A DNA stretch of 30,659 nucleotides from a virus. Taxonomy: Duplodnaviria > Caudoviricetes. Under the pieces are notes generated by a model. That model was not told where the DNA came from and did no database searches. It was given only the letters and a program-made list of their open reading frames with translations. The DNA is taken from positions 1 through 30,659 of IMG/VR virus record IMGVR_UViG_3300027142_000034; one strand, written 5' to 3'. The translations under genes and the position numbers were made by a program. This document shows positions 14,867 to 25,287 of the stretch, one piece after another; within the stretch, counting starts at the first letter, position 1, and every line of letters begins with the position of its first letter.

Positions 14867-17800
14867 ATGCGCGTTTTAAAACCCATAGTCGCAGAAATGT
14901 CTCCGAACCTTTACTCAGCGGCACAACGAGCAAATCTTTTACCTGAAGAACAGAACCAACTTGAGCAAATGAGTTGGGCTGTTAAGAAGAATAAAGAACT
15001 TACTCGTATGAACTCAGCAGATGCTCGCAAGGTATTTGAGAGTCTTGACCCTGATGCACAAGAGGGATTAAAGTTTTTTTATAAAGATGCTGACTACATG
15101 CAAGCACCACCAGATTTTGGTGACCGTGCTGTTGGTGCATTAAAGTTTGCTGGCAAAACTGTTGCTAGTCCTTTGATTGCAGTCTTTAAAGTTGCTGGTG
15201 CTTACAACCGTGCTATCAATACGCCATACTTGGTGGGCCGTCAAGTAGCACAGGGCGAGAATATCTTTAGTGCTAACGTTTGGTCTGATGCTTGGAACGG
15301 TACAGATGTCTACGATAACGGTGCTTTAAAAGAAGCAACAGACCGTTTTGGTAAAGCAAATGTATATATTGCAAAAGGATTGCTAGCAGGTAAGCGTCCA
15401 GGAGAAATCCTAGAAGCATATGGAGAACTTACTCCTGAGATTGCTAAAGCCTTTGAGGTTGCATTTAATGAACCAGAAGAGTTTAAGCAAGTTTTAGATG
15501 CAACCAAGTACGCACAGGTTTCTTTAGGTCGTGACGTTGCACGTATGCTAGATACCAAGCCACCAAAAAATGGTGCGCTTGCTGGTGACTACATTGACGG
15601 AACAACTAAGAACATCTCTGGCGTTATTGATTTTGCATACCAGATTGTAATTGACCCATTTACTTGGATTACTGGTGGTGCATCTGGTGCTGCTAGAAAA
15701 GGTTCTCAGTTAGCGCAGATGGTTACTGATGCTGCTCAGTCAGGAAATGTTGGCTATGGAGTATCCCGTGCTTTTAAAGATAAGGGAGTGCAGACTCTTT
15801 GGAATGACCAACTTGGTCCAGCCATTGAGAAGTTGTCTAAGGCAGAGACGGTTGCAGAGCGTGCAAAGATTCGCCGTGCAATTGGTAAGTTAACTCCTGG
15901 CTACAACAATGATGAAGCAATTGCTTTCTTGGAAAGAAACAAAGTCTTTAATGCAGATGAAGCCGAAAAGGTTTTTAGTGATGCAGAAAATACTTATTTG
16001 CTTTTATCTGGTCGTGTAGATGGTATTACCTATCGCCGTAATGGTATAGCCGTTGCTCGTACTAATCGCCGTTTGAGTGATGGATTTAATAACATGCTTG
16101 ATTCTGTTTTTAACAAAACAGTATCTAAGCAAAACATTGATGAGTTTAACGCTAAAGGCGAAGAGGCTTTTGATATTTTATTAAAGTCTGGTGAAAACTC
16201 AGACAAGGCTTTTAACCCAAACATTACAGACCTTGTAAAAATTGAAGATGACATCAAGGGTCTCAAGCGCATTGCGCTTAAGGCTGGTCGTCTTGCAGCA
16301 CGAAACCCAGCAGGTCAGCAGATTCTTATTGGTGAAGAAGCAGTCAAGACAATTGACACAGTAAGACTTGTTGCACGACAGGTTGTTAATCGTGACATGG
16401 CTGATTTTATTGCTCAAAAGTTTTTGCGTTCCTCTGAAGATGAGCAAGTAGTTATTGTTCGTAATCTATACGCAGCAGTTATGCAGCGTGCAGGTTTGGC
16501 TGGAGACCCTAACGGCGAAAAGTTAATGCATGATATTCTTAAAAGAACTCTTAATGAACGTGCTGGTTTTACAACTACAGTTAAGACTGAGATTGATGCA
16601 CCTTTTTCAAAGGTAATGAGCAAGAATGCTGTTAAGTATGAGAATGAAACGCCACTACTTGCAGGTTCTTCTGCAATTCAGCCATCTCAGTTAGCAGGAG
16701 CCATTGCTCCGCTACCTTATGAGCAGATTGCACTTGAGGCTAATACAATTCGTTCAAAGAAAAACCTACTAGTTGCTGCAATGGGTACTCCTAACAGCAA
16801 ACTTGCTAAGGATTTTGTAGACTTTTGGTCTATTTTTACTTTGTTCCCACGTTTAGGTGTACGTTCAGCCATTGATGAAGGTTTTATGTATGCATTAACA
16901 GCCCCAGCAAGAGATTTACTTGACTTTACTAAGGGTGTTGGACGTAAGTTAAACAAGTCTGGTATGGCATACACAGCATCTAATGCATCTCAAGGCCCTA
17001 TTGCAGAACTTTTAAGAAAAAGTTTTAAAAGAAACCCAGCAGACTTGCTTGGAATTGAAGCACGTAATGAAATTATTGAAGCAATTGCTAAGCGTGAAAA
17101 AGTTTCTATTGCCGAAGTCAGCCATCTTAAGATTAATCAAGAGATTGCTGAAAGAGCAAATGTATTTATTCGCAATTTAGACCCTGCTGAGCGTGATTAC
17201 TGGACACAGGCTATGGTCTATCACCCAGATTTGCTCAACTCAATGGCACAGTCTATTGCTGCTCGCACAACCCTTGGTGGAAAACTAGACCAAGAGATTA
17301 TTGCTGAGCAGTTAAACATTAGTAAGTTAACTGAAGCCCTTAATACAATTGGTAAAGAAGCAACTGGCAAACGATTTAAGTTTGGTAAGTATCAAGAGAT
17401 TGAAGTAGACAAACTACGTGCTGCTGGTGATGATTTTGTTACCCTTGCTCACTATGATAACTGGTTTATCCGCTTTGCTACTCCACGCCAACACGGTAAG
17501 TTAAAACTACCAGGGCAATACAGGGTATCTCCTGCAGTTGCATTTTTTGCAAACAATGGACTTGAGACTCCAGATGATTTAGTCCGTGCAGTAGATGGAA
17601 TGATGACTCGTCTAGGTATGACTAAGGAGAATGAGTTCTGGAAGGTTGCAGATGAAGCGCAACCAGCACTCAAGAAGTTTCTTTCATACTTTGGAGATAC
17701 AGTTTACTGGCGTCAAAAGGGATTAGGTGATGAAGACATTGCCCAAATTTACTTTGAGCGCATGCTTATGGATTTACGCGATAACTTCCATGGTGGTCCA

Positions 17801-19945
17801 CGTTTATATAACAAAGAACTAATGGACACAGTTAAGACAAACTATGAAAAGTTGTTAATCATCCAGGATGAAACAGGCCGTGCCATTAACGACAAGTGGA
17901 TGAAGGCTGCTAATCAAATTAGCATCGAAGAGTTTGCGGATGTAACAAAAGGATTCCAACCAACTGGTTATATTAATACACGTGTTGAGTTTCCAGACTT
18001 TACGGATGTAGAGACAGCATGGAAGCGTAGCGGTAACAACATGATGGAACTTATGGACCGTCAAGTTAACGGTATTCTACGTAGTCCTGTTGTTAATATA
18101 TCTTATCTGCACCTACGTAAGAACTATTCTGGTATTGAACGAGAGTATGCAGATAACATAGTTAAGAAAGCATTACGCGATAATCCTGATAGTTATGGTT
18201 TGCCTTGGCAAAAAGCGCAACTAGAACGCCGTGCTACAGAGTTGGCTGAAAAAAGATTTACAGAATTAGCAATGGAAGAAGCAGCAGACACAGTACTAAA
18301 GTTTGCTGATAACCCAGGAATCCGTTCTAATTTTGCGGTATCTGTTCGCACAGTTGGTCGTTTCTACCGTGCAACAGAGGACTTTTATCGCCGTATCTAC
18401 CGTCTTAAAGATGTAGCACCACGGGTTCTTTACCGTATGCGCCTAGCGCATCTTGGTTTAAATGCTAGCGGTATGTTCTATGAGGACAGCGAAGGTGCAC
18501 CATACATCATGATGCCTATGGATAATATTATCTTTAAGGCAACAGATACTACTATTCGTACTCTTACTGGTAATACAGATAGTGAGTACAAGCAGCCTTT
18601 GTTTAATGACTTTACTATGAAGTTAACTTTGGCTAACCCATCCTTTTCACCAGAAGCGGGTCTACCTACATTCTCTGGTCCTATTGCAGCATTAAGCGCT
18701 ATTGGTATACGTAATATACTAGGAACAGTAGATAGTCCTGCAATTCAAAAGGTTGGTCAAGAAATTGACAACATGGCCCTTGGCCCAATTGGAGACAACA
18801 TTGATATTGCTAGAGCGATTATCCCGTCTACTCTTCTCAAGATTTACCAAACCTTACCCGTCAACGAAAAGTCCAGACAAGAAGTAACAGCAGCACAGCA
18901 AGCAATTGCATACAATGCTGCTAATGGTAAGTATCTAGAGCCTAATGCTACAGATGAAGAGAAGTATAAGTACATAAAGAACATACGTATCTCAGCACAT
19001 AATGTGATGGTAATGCGTTCAGTTCTAGGACTTATCTCACCAGTTGCTCCTACAGTTCAGGAATCTCAAGGAGTTCCTTCGTATCTACTAGACGTAGGAA
19101 TCACAGGATTGCGTAATGAGTTCTGGGATATTTATGAGGCTGTCTATAAGAAGTATGGCGATGATGTTCAAGACCCATACGAGCAGGCACTTGTTATTTT
19201 TACTGGTAAGTATCCAGGAAAGATTGCTTATACAGTAGCCCGTGATACCAAGCAGACTAAAGTTCTTATCTCTAAAACTGGAGATATGAAGAACTGGTCT
19301 TTGGCTAATAAGAAGTTTATTGATACTTATGGCGAATCTGCTTACATCTTTGGTCCTCATACTGGTGACTTTAATGCTGGTGTGTATAACTGGATGCAGG
19401 CATCAGGACTGCTAGAGGATAAGAAACTAGAACAGTACTACGATGATGTATTAGTTGCTGAAGATAAGCAGAAATACTTTGATGTAGCATCATGGGAAAA
19501 GCAGTCATTGGCTACTGAAACCCGTATATCTGAGCGTAAGTTTATTATTGATTCTGCAACTACTGCTCGTAAACAATTACTTGCTTCTAATCCATTATTG
19601 CTAGGTGCTATTACTGGTGGTGGTAATGAAATTGCAACTGAAGAGCGCATGCTTCGCAGCCTAAAGCAAGTAGTTGTTGATAACTCTGATGCTGTTTCTT
19701 CTGGAACAAAGATGAAGTTAAAGGTTGCTATTCAGGCAATGGAAGATTTTATTGCCCTTGCTAATGATGAAGAAGTACGTGGTTTGTATAATGCATCTCA
19801 GATTAAACGTGATACACGCACAAGTGTAGAGGCTCTTCTTAGCCAACTTGGTAGCCAGGATTACGCAATTAAAGAAGCAACAAAAGCAATATTCAATTCA
19901 ATCTTGAAATACTATTCAAGAGATACTTATAGCGCGAGGGTGTAA
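14867..19945 (+). CDS. Large putative internal virion (ejection) protein, 1692 aa
   Basis: Very long, mostly helical ORF in the structural operon, without tape-measure repeats; function inferred from size and context. Confidence 0.6.
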   Translation: MRVLKPIVAEMSPNLYSAAQRANLLPEEQNQLEQMSWAVKKNKELTRMNSADARKVFESLDPDAQEGLKFFYKDADYMQAPPDFGDRAVGALKFAGKTVASPLIAVFKVAGAYNRAINTPYLVGRQVAQGENIFSANVWSDAWNGTDVYDNGALKEATDRFGKANVYIAKGLLAGKRPGEILEAYGELTPEIAKAFEVAFNEPEEFKQVLDATKYAQVSLGRDVARMLDTKPPKNGALAGDYIDGTTKNISGVIDFAYQIVIDPFTWITGGASGAARKGSQLAQMVTDAAQSGNVGYGVSRAFKDKGVQTLWNDQLGPAIEKLSKAETVAERAKIRRAIGKLTPGYNNDEAIAFLERNKVFNADEAEKVFSDAENTYLLLSGRVDGITYRRNGIAVARTNRRLSDGFNNMLDSVFNKTVSKQNIDEFNAKGEEAFDILLKSGENSDKAFNPNITDLVKIEDDIKGLKRIALKAGRLAARNPAGQQILIGEEAVKTIDTVRLVARQVVNRDMADFIAQKFLRSSEDEQVVIVRNLYAAVMQRAGLAGDPNGEKLMHDILKRTLNERAGFTTTVKTEIDAPFSKVMSKNAVKYENETPLLAGSSAIQPSQLAGAIAPLPYEQIALEANTIRSKKNLLVAAMGTPNSKLAKDFVDFWSIFTLFPRLGVRSAIDEGFMYALTAPARDLLDFTKGVGRKLNKSGMAYTASNASQGPIAELLRKSFKRNPADLLGIEARNEIIEAIAKREKVSIAEVSHLKINQEIAERANVFIRNLDPAERDYWTQAMVYHPDLLNSMAQSIAARTTLGGKLDQEIIAEQLNISKLTEALNTIGKEATGKRFKFGKYQEIEVDKLRAAGDDFVTLAHYDNWFIRFATPRQHGKLKLPGQYRVSPAVAFFANNGLETPDDLVRAVDGMMTRLGMTKENEFWKVADEAQPALKKFLSYFGDTVYWRQKGLGDEDIAQIYFERMLMDLRDNFHGGPRLYNKELMDTVKTNYEKLLIIQDETGRAINDKWMKAANQISIEEFADVTKGFQPTGYINTRVEFPDFTDVETAWKRSGNNMMELMDRQVNGILRSPVVNISYLHLRKNYSGIEREYADNIVKKALRDNPDSYGLPWQKAQLERRATELAEKRFTELAMEEAADTVLKFADNPGIRSNFAVSVRTVGRFYRATEDFYRRIYRLKDVAPRVLYRMRLAHLGLNASGMFYEDSEGAPYIMMPMDNIIFKATDTTIRTLTGNTDSEYKQPLFNDFTMKLTLANPSFSPEAGLPTFSGPIAALSAIGIRNILGTVDSPAIQKVGQEIDNMALGPIGDNIDIARAIIPSTLLKIYQTLPVNEKSRQEVTAAQQAIAYNAANGKYLEPNATDEEKYKYIKNIRISAHNVMVMRSVLGLISPVAPTVQESQGVPSYLLDVGITGLRNEFWDIYEAVYKKYGDDVQDPYEQALVIFTGKYPGKIAYTVARDTKQTKVLISKTGDMKNWSLANKKFIDTYGESAYIFGPHTGDFNAGVYNWMQASGLLEDKKLEQYYDDVLVAEDKQKYFDVASWEKQSLATETRISERKFIIDSATTARKQLLASNPLLLGAITGGGNEIATEERMLRSLKQVVVDNSDAVSSGTKMKLKVAIQAMEDFIALANDEEVRGLYNASQIKRDTRTSVEALLSQLGSQDYAIKEATKAIFNSILKYYSRDTYSARV

Positions 19946-20994
19946 TGGCAAAGATTGATATTCCTGCTCCATCAGAAGAAGTAACTTTAGTTTGGCTGCG
20001 TGCAGGTGCTGGCGATAGCAAACTTGTATTTAATAAAAATACAAAAAAATGGGAAGTTGTTCGTGCTGGTAAAACACAAGACTATCATGTTTTATATGAT
20101 ACCTGGAAGTCTGGTACTAAATCTTTTGACCCAGAAGATAGAATAAAAGAACTTCTTAAAAACGCAAACGATAAGACTGTTTCTAATGAAACTTTTGTTG
20201 AAAACCTTTTTGCTGGGGCTAATGTATCTGTTGATGGTGGACAGACTGTAGTTCAAGTTACTGACCCAGAGAAAAAGACGCCTTATCAGGCTTATCTTTA
20301 TACTGAGCCTGCTCAAACAGTTCGTACCCAAGCACCTGGTCCATCAGATATTGCTGATTTAAATAAGCCATATTTTCTAGACCAAGGCGTTCAATATGGA
20401 CGCACAGATGCAGTCCGTGATATGTACCTTAAGCAGTTGTTAAAGCAGTATGGCAATGACAAGGCAAAGGTAGCAAGTAAACTACGTAGTGCTGGTTATC
20501 TTAGCAAGACTAAAGATATTACATCAGAAGATATTCTTGTAGCCCTTGATAGAGCAGTATCTGCTTATACAGTTGAGCAGACAACAGCATACAAGTTTGA
20601 AGGTAAAAAAACTTTAGATACATTAGATGAGTTCTTGTCAAAGAAAAAACCATCTGATACTTATACATCTAAAACATTAAGAGATGCAACTGTCTTTGGA
20701 GAAACTGATGCTCGCAAAGCGGTTAATGCTATGTACCAACAACTACAAGGTATCAATGCTACAGATGAACAGTTTGAAGCAATCTTTCCTATGCTACAAA
20801 AGGCTCAACGTAAAACTCCAAATGTTTCTACTACAACTTATGATGCAGAAGGTGCACCAGTATCTAGAGTAACAAACACAGGTCTTGACCCAGAGCAGTT
20901 CTTATACGAACAACTCTCTAAAACAGATGAAACTAAAGCAAACAGAGTACTTGAATACTACGACATATTTAAAAGAGTGACGGGAGTTCAGTAA
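19945..20994 (+). CDS. Putative internal virion protein (349 aa)
   Basis: TAATG-coupled to the 1692-aa gene; context only. Confidence 0.55.
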   Translation: MAKIDIPAPSEEVTLVWLRAGAGDSKLVFNKNTKKWEVVRAGKTQDYHVLYDTWKSGTKSFDPEDRIKELLKNANDKTVSNETFVENLFAGANVSVDGGQTVVQVTDPEKKTPYQAYLYTEPAQTVRTQAPGPSDIADLNKPYFLDQGVQYGRTDAVRDMYLKQLLKQYGNDKAKVASKLRSAGYLSKTKDITSEDILVALDRAVSAYTVEQTTAYKFEGKKTLDTLDEFLSKKKPSDTYTSKTLRDATVFGETDARKAVNAMYQQLQGINATDEQFEAIFPMLQKAQRKTPNVSTTTYDAEGAPVSRVTNTGLDPEQFLYEQLSKTDETKANRVLEYYDIFKRVTGVQ

Positions 20995-22001
20995 TGGCAG
21001 ATACAACCACAATTGCTGGTATTAATACTGCTTCTGGAATGACTCCAGCAGAAAATGCTAATCCAGAGTTTGCTAACATTCTTCAAAAGGCAAAAGAAAA
21101 GTACGGCTACATTGATGCAATCTTTTCTACTGATGATGAACTAAGAGAGTTTTTAATCCGCGCCATTGAAGGCGACATGAATCCTGCTCAGTTTGAGCGT
21201 GAGTTAACTAGCAAGAAATGGTTTATTGCTAACGCTGATACCGTTAGAGCACGTGACTTTTTCCGCCGTCAATATGAAAACTTAGTTAAAGGTCTTGACC
21301 CAAATGACCCAGACTATGATAATAAGGTTAAGGCTGCTGCTGGCAATACAGATTATGCCCGTGGTTTGCAAAATGCAAAAGACAACCTTGAAGTTCAACT
21401 TAACAATAAAGGTATTTCTTATACACAAGCAGAACTTAATACATGGGCTAAAGATATTTATGATTCAGCCAATGACAAAAACCTTACTTACATTTCAAAG
21501 TATCTTAATGCTAAAATTAAAGTAGGCGATGGCACACCTAAAGGTGCAATTGCTACAAATGTTTCAGACCTAGAAGATTATGCTAATGACTATGGTTTTG
21601 AATTAAACAAAGACTTTACTAAGTCACAGGTTTCTACTTGGATGCAGCGTATAGACCGAGGTGAAAGTCTTGATGCTATTAAGGCTGAAATTAAACAGTC
21701 TGCTCTTATTGGACAAACAGAGCAAGTTCAAAAACTTATGAACCAAGGTTTAACATTACGTGCTATTTATCAACCATACGTTAATCGTATGAATACAAAG
21801 TTGCAGCGTACAGATGTAACCATGAAAGATAACTGGCTAATGACTAATATGTTTGATGAAAAAGGCAACCTTCGTCCAATATGGGATTTTGATAGAGCAG
21901 CCATGAAACATCCAGATTTTGCATTTACAGACGAGGCTATAGAAAAGTCTACAAGTACGGCTTTACGTATCTTGCAAGACTTTGGATTGCAGGGTAGGTA
22001 A
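20994..22001 (+). CDS. Putative internal virion protein (335 aa)
   Basis: TAATG-coupled; helical; context only. Confidence 0.55.
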   Translation: MADTTTIAGINTASGMTPAENANPEFANILQKAKEKYGYIDAIFSTDDELREFLIRAIEGDMNPAQFERELTSKKWFIANADTVRARDFFRRQYENLVKGLDPNDPDYDNKVKAAAGNTDYARGLQNAKDNLEVQLNNKGISYTQAELNTWAKDIYDSANDKNLTYISKYLNAKIKVGDGTPKGAIATNVSDLEDYANDYGFELNKDFTKSQVSTWMQRIDRGESLDAIKAEIKQSALIGQTEQVQKLMNQGLTLRAIYQPYVNRMNTKLQRTDVTMKDNWLMTNMFDEKGNLRPIWDFDRAAMKHPDFAFTDEAIEKSTSTALRILQDFGLQGR

Positions 22002-23377
22002 TGGCTAGATACAATCCAGAATTAATGCGTATTGACGATGGCCAAGAACAACCTAGAAGAGTTTTTGGGCCACGCACTGATACATCTCAAATAACAGAAC
22101 AACAGATATATGAAGCATCACGTGATGCTGCTATTGAACTTGAAGTTGACCCAGTACAACTTGCTTATGAAGCAGGTTTGGCTGGTGATACTTCAAAGCC
22201 CATGAATAAAATGACTGCAGCAGAACGTACTGCTTTTGCAAAGGGTCGCACTGCCAAACAGGCTGAGGCACGTGAAACAACACAGGCTGGAGATAATCCA
22301 GATAACCCTATGCCAAGTGAAGACCCAGGTCCAGGTATGTACTGGGCTAACTATGGTGGTGTTTGGCGTAAGTATAAATATGTAACAAAAAGTACTGCTA
22401 CTAATAATGCTGGTAATAATAACAATAGTAATAATAACGGCAATGGTAATAACAACAATAATGGTAATGGTAGCGGAAACGATAGTGGTGCAGCAACTAA
22501 GTATGCTGCAGATTTAGCAGCAGCCTCTGAAGCAGCAGCAATTAAATCTGAACGTCTGTCTGCTTGGGCGGTATTAAAGGCTGAGTTTGATAAGTATGGT
22601 TTAGGTTCTCTTGCAGATGCTGTTAAAGATATGATTATTAATGGAACACCATCTGCTCAAGCAACAATGATTCTTCGTGAACGACCAGAGTATAAGGCTC
22701 GCTTTGCTGGTAATGAAGCACGTAGAACAGCAGGACTTAATGTTTATGATGAAGGTACTTATTTAGACCTTGAAAATACAATGGCTGAAATCTTTACAGC
22801 CTATGGTCAGAAGTCTCTTATGGGTTCTACCCGTGAACAGCAACAGGCTACATTTGCTAAGTATATTGGTGCAACCATTGCACCTACAGAATTAAAGCGC
22901 CGTATGGATATTGCTACTGGTCTTTCCAAGTCAGATAACAATACGCTTAAAGCAATTAAACAACTGTATCCAATGATTGGCGACAATGACATTGTTGCTT
23001 ACTTCTTAAACCCACAAGAAACTCTACCTAAACTAGAGACCAAGGCTCAGGCTGCTTCAATTGGTGGAGCATTCTTGCAGCAAGGATTAAAGATTAACTC
23101 AGCATCAATGGAAGAGTATGCTGCTCTTGGTATTAGTAGAGAGCAAGCACAACTTGGTGCAGCGCAAATTGCTAGTGTTCTTCCACGTGCGGCTACATTA
23201 CGTTCTTATGAAGAGGGAATGTACACACAAGAACAAGCAGAAGATGTTTATCTACGTCAATCTGCAACGGCTAAAAAAGAACTTGAAGATATTAGCAAGA
23301 GAGAAATTGCTCGCCTTAGTGGCTCAGCAGGAACTAGCAAAGTATCTCTTAAGTCAGCAGCAAGAAACACATTCTAA
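22001..23377 (+). CDS. Putative internal virion protein (458 aa) with Asn/Gly tract
   Basis: TAATG-coupled; Ala/Gln-rich helical C-terminal part. Confidence 0.55.
   Translation: MARYNPELMRIDDGQEQPRRVFGPRTDTSQITEQQIYEASRDAAIELEVDPVQLAYEAGLAGDTSKPMNKMTAAERTAFAKGRTAKQAEARETTQAGDNPDNPMPSEDPGPGMYWANYGGVWRKYKYVTKSTATNNAGNNNNSNNNGNGNNNNNGNGSGNDSGAATKYAADLAAASEAAAIKSERLSAWAVLKAEFDKYGLGSLADAVKDMIINGTPSAQATMILRERPEYKARFAGNEARRTAGLNVYDEGTYLDLENTMAEIFTAYGQKSLMGSTREQQQATFAKYIGATIAPTELKRRMDIATGLSKSDNNTLKAIKQLYPMIGDNDIVAYFLNPQETLPKLETKAQAASIGGAFLQQGLKINSASMEEYAALGISREQAQLGAAQIASVLPRAATLRSYEEGMYTQEQAEDVYLRQSATAKKELEDISKREIARLSGSAGTSKVSLKSAARNTF
22403..22489 (+). repeat. AAT/AAC/GGT low-complexity tract encoding NNAGNNNNSNNNGNGNNNNNGNGSGNDSG
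   Basis: Read directly from the sequence. Confidence 0.85.
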
Positions 23378-23381
23378 CTTC

Positions 23382-23465
23382 CTGACACGGACCTATCGGC
23401 CCCGTGCAGTGTATAAGACCGACAGCAGAAGCCAGCCAGTTTCCCCGAACTGAACTGTGGTCTGC
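23382..23465 (+). promoter_or_regulatory. Candidate cis-regulatory RNA (pseudoknot plus hairpin) in the scaffold gene leader
   Basis: CTG-A-CACGG / CCGTG-CAG stem; its loop CTATCGG pairs with CCGACAG (23419-23425, one mismatch); then GCAGA..CCA..CAGTT-tccccg-AACTG..TGG-TCTGC. Confidence 0.55.
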
Positions 23466-23494
23466 GACTAACAACGAATAGAAGGGTGGTTGCT

Positions 23495-23968
23495 ATGAGC
23501 AACAATTACTGGGATGACGAAGACGACGAACTAGATACCGACCAGCAACTTGGTGGCGATGACTTAGTAAAAAAGTTACGTAAAGCCAAGCGTGCAGATG
23601 AGAAGCGTATCAAGGAACTTACTGAGCAACTTGAGGGTTTATCCAAGGTGCAGCGTGAGCGAACCGTCAAAGAAGTCTTAGAACAAAAGGGAGTCAATCC
23701 TAAAGCAGCACGAATTATCCTAAAGGACTTAGAAGAAGTTAACGAGGAGACAGTTATGAACTGGCTCGATGATAACGGAGATTTGTTCGGATATACCCGT
23801 GATGCACAGGAACAAAGCATTACTGATGTAGACCGTGCGACATTACGTCAGCAAGACATCATCACACAAAATGCGGGGACTCCATCAAGAGCAGAGGATT
23901 TGGAATCACGTTTGGGCGGAGAGTTTAACTCTCAAGAAGAACTAATTGCATTCCTTCGCTCTCAATAA
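23495..23968 (+). CDS. Capsid scaffolding protein
   Basis: Acidic N-terminus, coiled coil, directly upstream of the capsid gene; ATG 23495 preceded by GAAGGG. Confidence 0.75.
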   Translation: MSNNYWDDEDDELDTDQQLGGDDLVKKLRKAKRADEKRIKELTEQLEGLSKVQRERTVKEVLEQKGVNPKAARIILKDLEEVNEETVMNWLDDNGDLFGYTRDAQEQSITDVDRATLRQQDIITQNAGTPSRAEDLESRLGGEFNSQEELIAFLRSQ

Positions 23969-24002
23969 TTTTCCGCTCCTAGTCACTTGGAGGTGACAAC
24001 TC

Positions 24003-24956
24003 ATGGCTAATGCCTATACATCAACAGGTTCCTCTACTCTTGGAGGTACAGTTGGCGCAGCAGGTCTAGTACAAAAGGCGTATGACCGCCTTCTAGAGTT
24101 CGCTCTCCGCTCAGAACCACTTATTCGTTCTGTCGCAGATAAGCGTCCTGCACGTCAAGCAATTCCAGGTTCAACTGTAGTTCTACAGAAGTACGTTGAC
24201 CTTTCAGTAGCAACAACTGCTCTTACAGAAGATGCTGACCCAGATGCAGTAGCATTGTCTACACCAACATCTGTAACCATCACTCTTAATGAGTATGGTA
24301 ACTCAGTACTTGTAACACGTGCGTTGGAACTCTTCAGCCTTGCTGATGTAGACCCAGCGATTGCTAACATCATTGCATTTAACCTTGCAGATTCTATTGA
24401 CTCAGTAGCAATGACAACATTGCGCGGTGGTACAAACGTAATCTACTCAGGTTCAACTGCTACTTCAACAGCAACAGTTACAGCAGCAGCAACAATTTCT
24501 TCAGCAAACATCCGCAAGGCTGTTGCTAAGTTGCGTGCTGGTAAGGCTGTCGCCCGCAAGGGTTCTCTATACTGGACAGGTATTCACCCAGAGGTCTCAC
24601 ACGACCTTCGTGCAGAAACAGGTTCAGCAGGATGGCTTCTACCAAATCAGTACGGTTCTGCACAGGACCGCATCTGGGCTGGTGAAATCGGAACATACGA
24701 AGGTGCATACTTCGTAGAGTCTCCACGTTTGTACTCAGCAACTGATGGTGCTTCATCTGCAAAGGTGTACCGCACAATCATTGCTGGACAGCAGGCTATG
24801 GCTGAGGCAGTTGCCGAAGAGCCACACGTAGTAATCGGACCAGTAGTAGACAAGTTAATGCGTCATCGCCCAATGGGTTGGTACGGCGTACTTGGCTTTG
24901 CTCGCTACCGCGAAGAGGCACTATACCGAATCGAATCAGGTTCATCAATCGCTTAG
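24003..24956 (+). CDS. Major capsid protein (HK97 fold, N4-gp56-like)
   Basis: TLNEYGN, IHPEVSHDLR, GEIGTYEGAYFVES and DKLMR..GWYG motifs; GGAGGTG RBS; strongly biased codons. Confidence 0.92.
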   Translation: MANAYTSTGSSTLGGTVGAAGLVQKAYDRLLEFALRSEPLIRSVADKRPARQAIPGSTVVLQKYVDLSVATTALTEDADPDAVALSTPTSVTITLNEYGNSVLVTRALELFSLADVDPAIANIIAFNLADSIDSVAMTTLRGGTNVIYSGSTATSTATVTAAATISSANIRKAVAKLRAGKAVARKGSLYWTGIHPEVSHDLRAETGSAGWLLPNQYGSAQDRIWAGEIGTYEGAYFVESPRLYSATDGASSAKVYRTIIAGQQAMAEAVAEEPHVVIGPVVDKLMRHRPMGWYGVLGFARYREEALYRIESGSSIA

Positions 24957-24967
24957 TTGATTGACGG

Positions 24968-24993
24968 GTGGGGCTAGGGAAACCTAGCCTCAT
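24968..24993 (+). terminator. GC-rich GAAA-tetraloop hairpin after the capsid gene (terminator/stabiliser without U-tract)
   Basis: GTGGGGCTAGG-GAAA-CCTAGCCTCAT, 11 bp including two G.U pairs. Confidence 0.65.
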
Positions 24994-25017
24994 CAGTAAG
25001 TCCATTAAGGAGGACGA

Positions 25018-25287
25018 ATGACAGAGTACGTATTCAAAACACCAACTGTCCGTGAAGGACCAGCAGGTGGGCATCGTCTATTTCATTTCTACAAATTAGA
25101 TAAGGGACTGACAGTTGTTAAGAGTAGTGGGACATATTCAACTACACGATATTTATTAGATAGCCAGTTAGATGACTATCAAGAAATCTACCTTGGCGGA
25201 AGAAACCATGTTGTTTCTGAAGCAACTAAGGCTGCTCTTATTGCTGGTGGTATCGGAGTAACAGAGGATAACTTTACAGCAATATGA
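25018..25287 (+). CDS. Hypothetical virion-associated protein (89 aa)
   Basis: AAGGAGG RBS; follows the capsid gene. Confidence 0.75.
   Translation: MTEYVFKTPTVREGPAGGHRLFHFYKLDKGLTVVKSSGTYSTTRYLLDSQLDDYQEIYLGGRNHVVSEATKAALIAGGIGVTEDNFTAI

Noticed and set aside
15137-15160. P-loop pattern ALKFAGKT in the 1692-aa protein
   Set aside because: Amphipathic helical context, with no preceding beta strand or Walker B. I also found no DxDGD RNA polymerase motif in this protein.
24960-25005. Hammerhead-like CTGATGA plus stem on the minus strand
   Set aside because: The stem is followed by CCAC rather than GAAA; it is better explained as the plus-strand GAAA hairpin.
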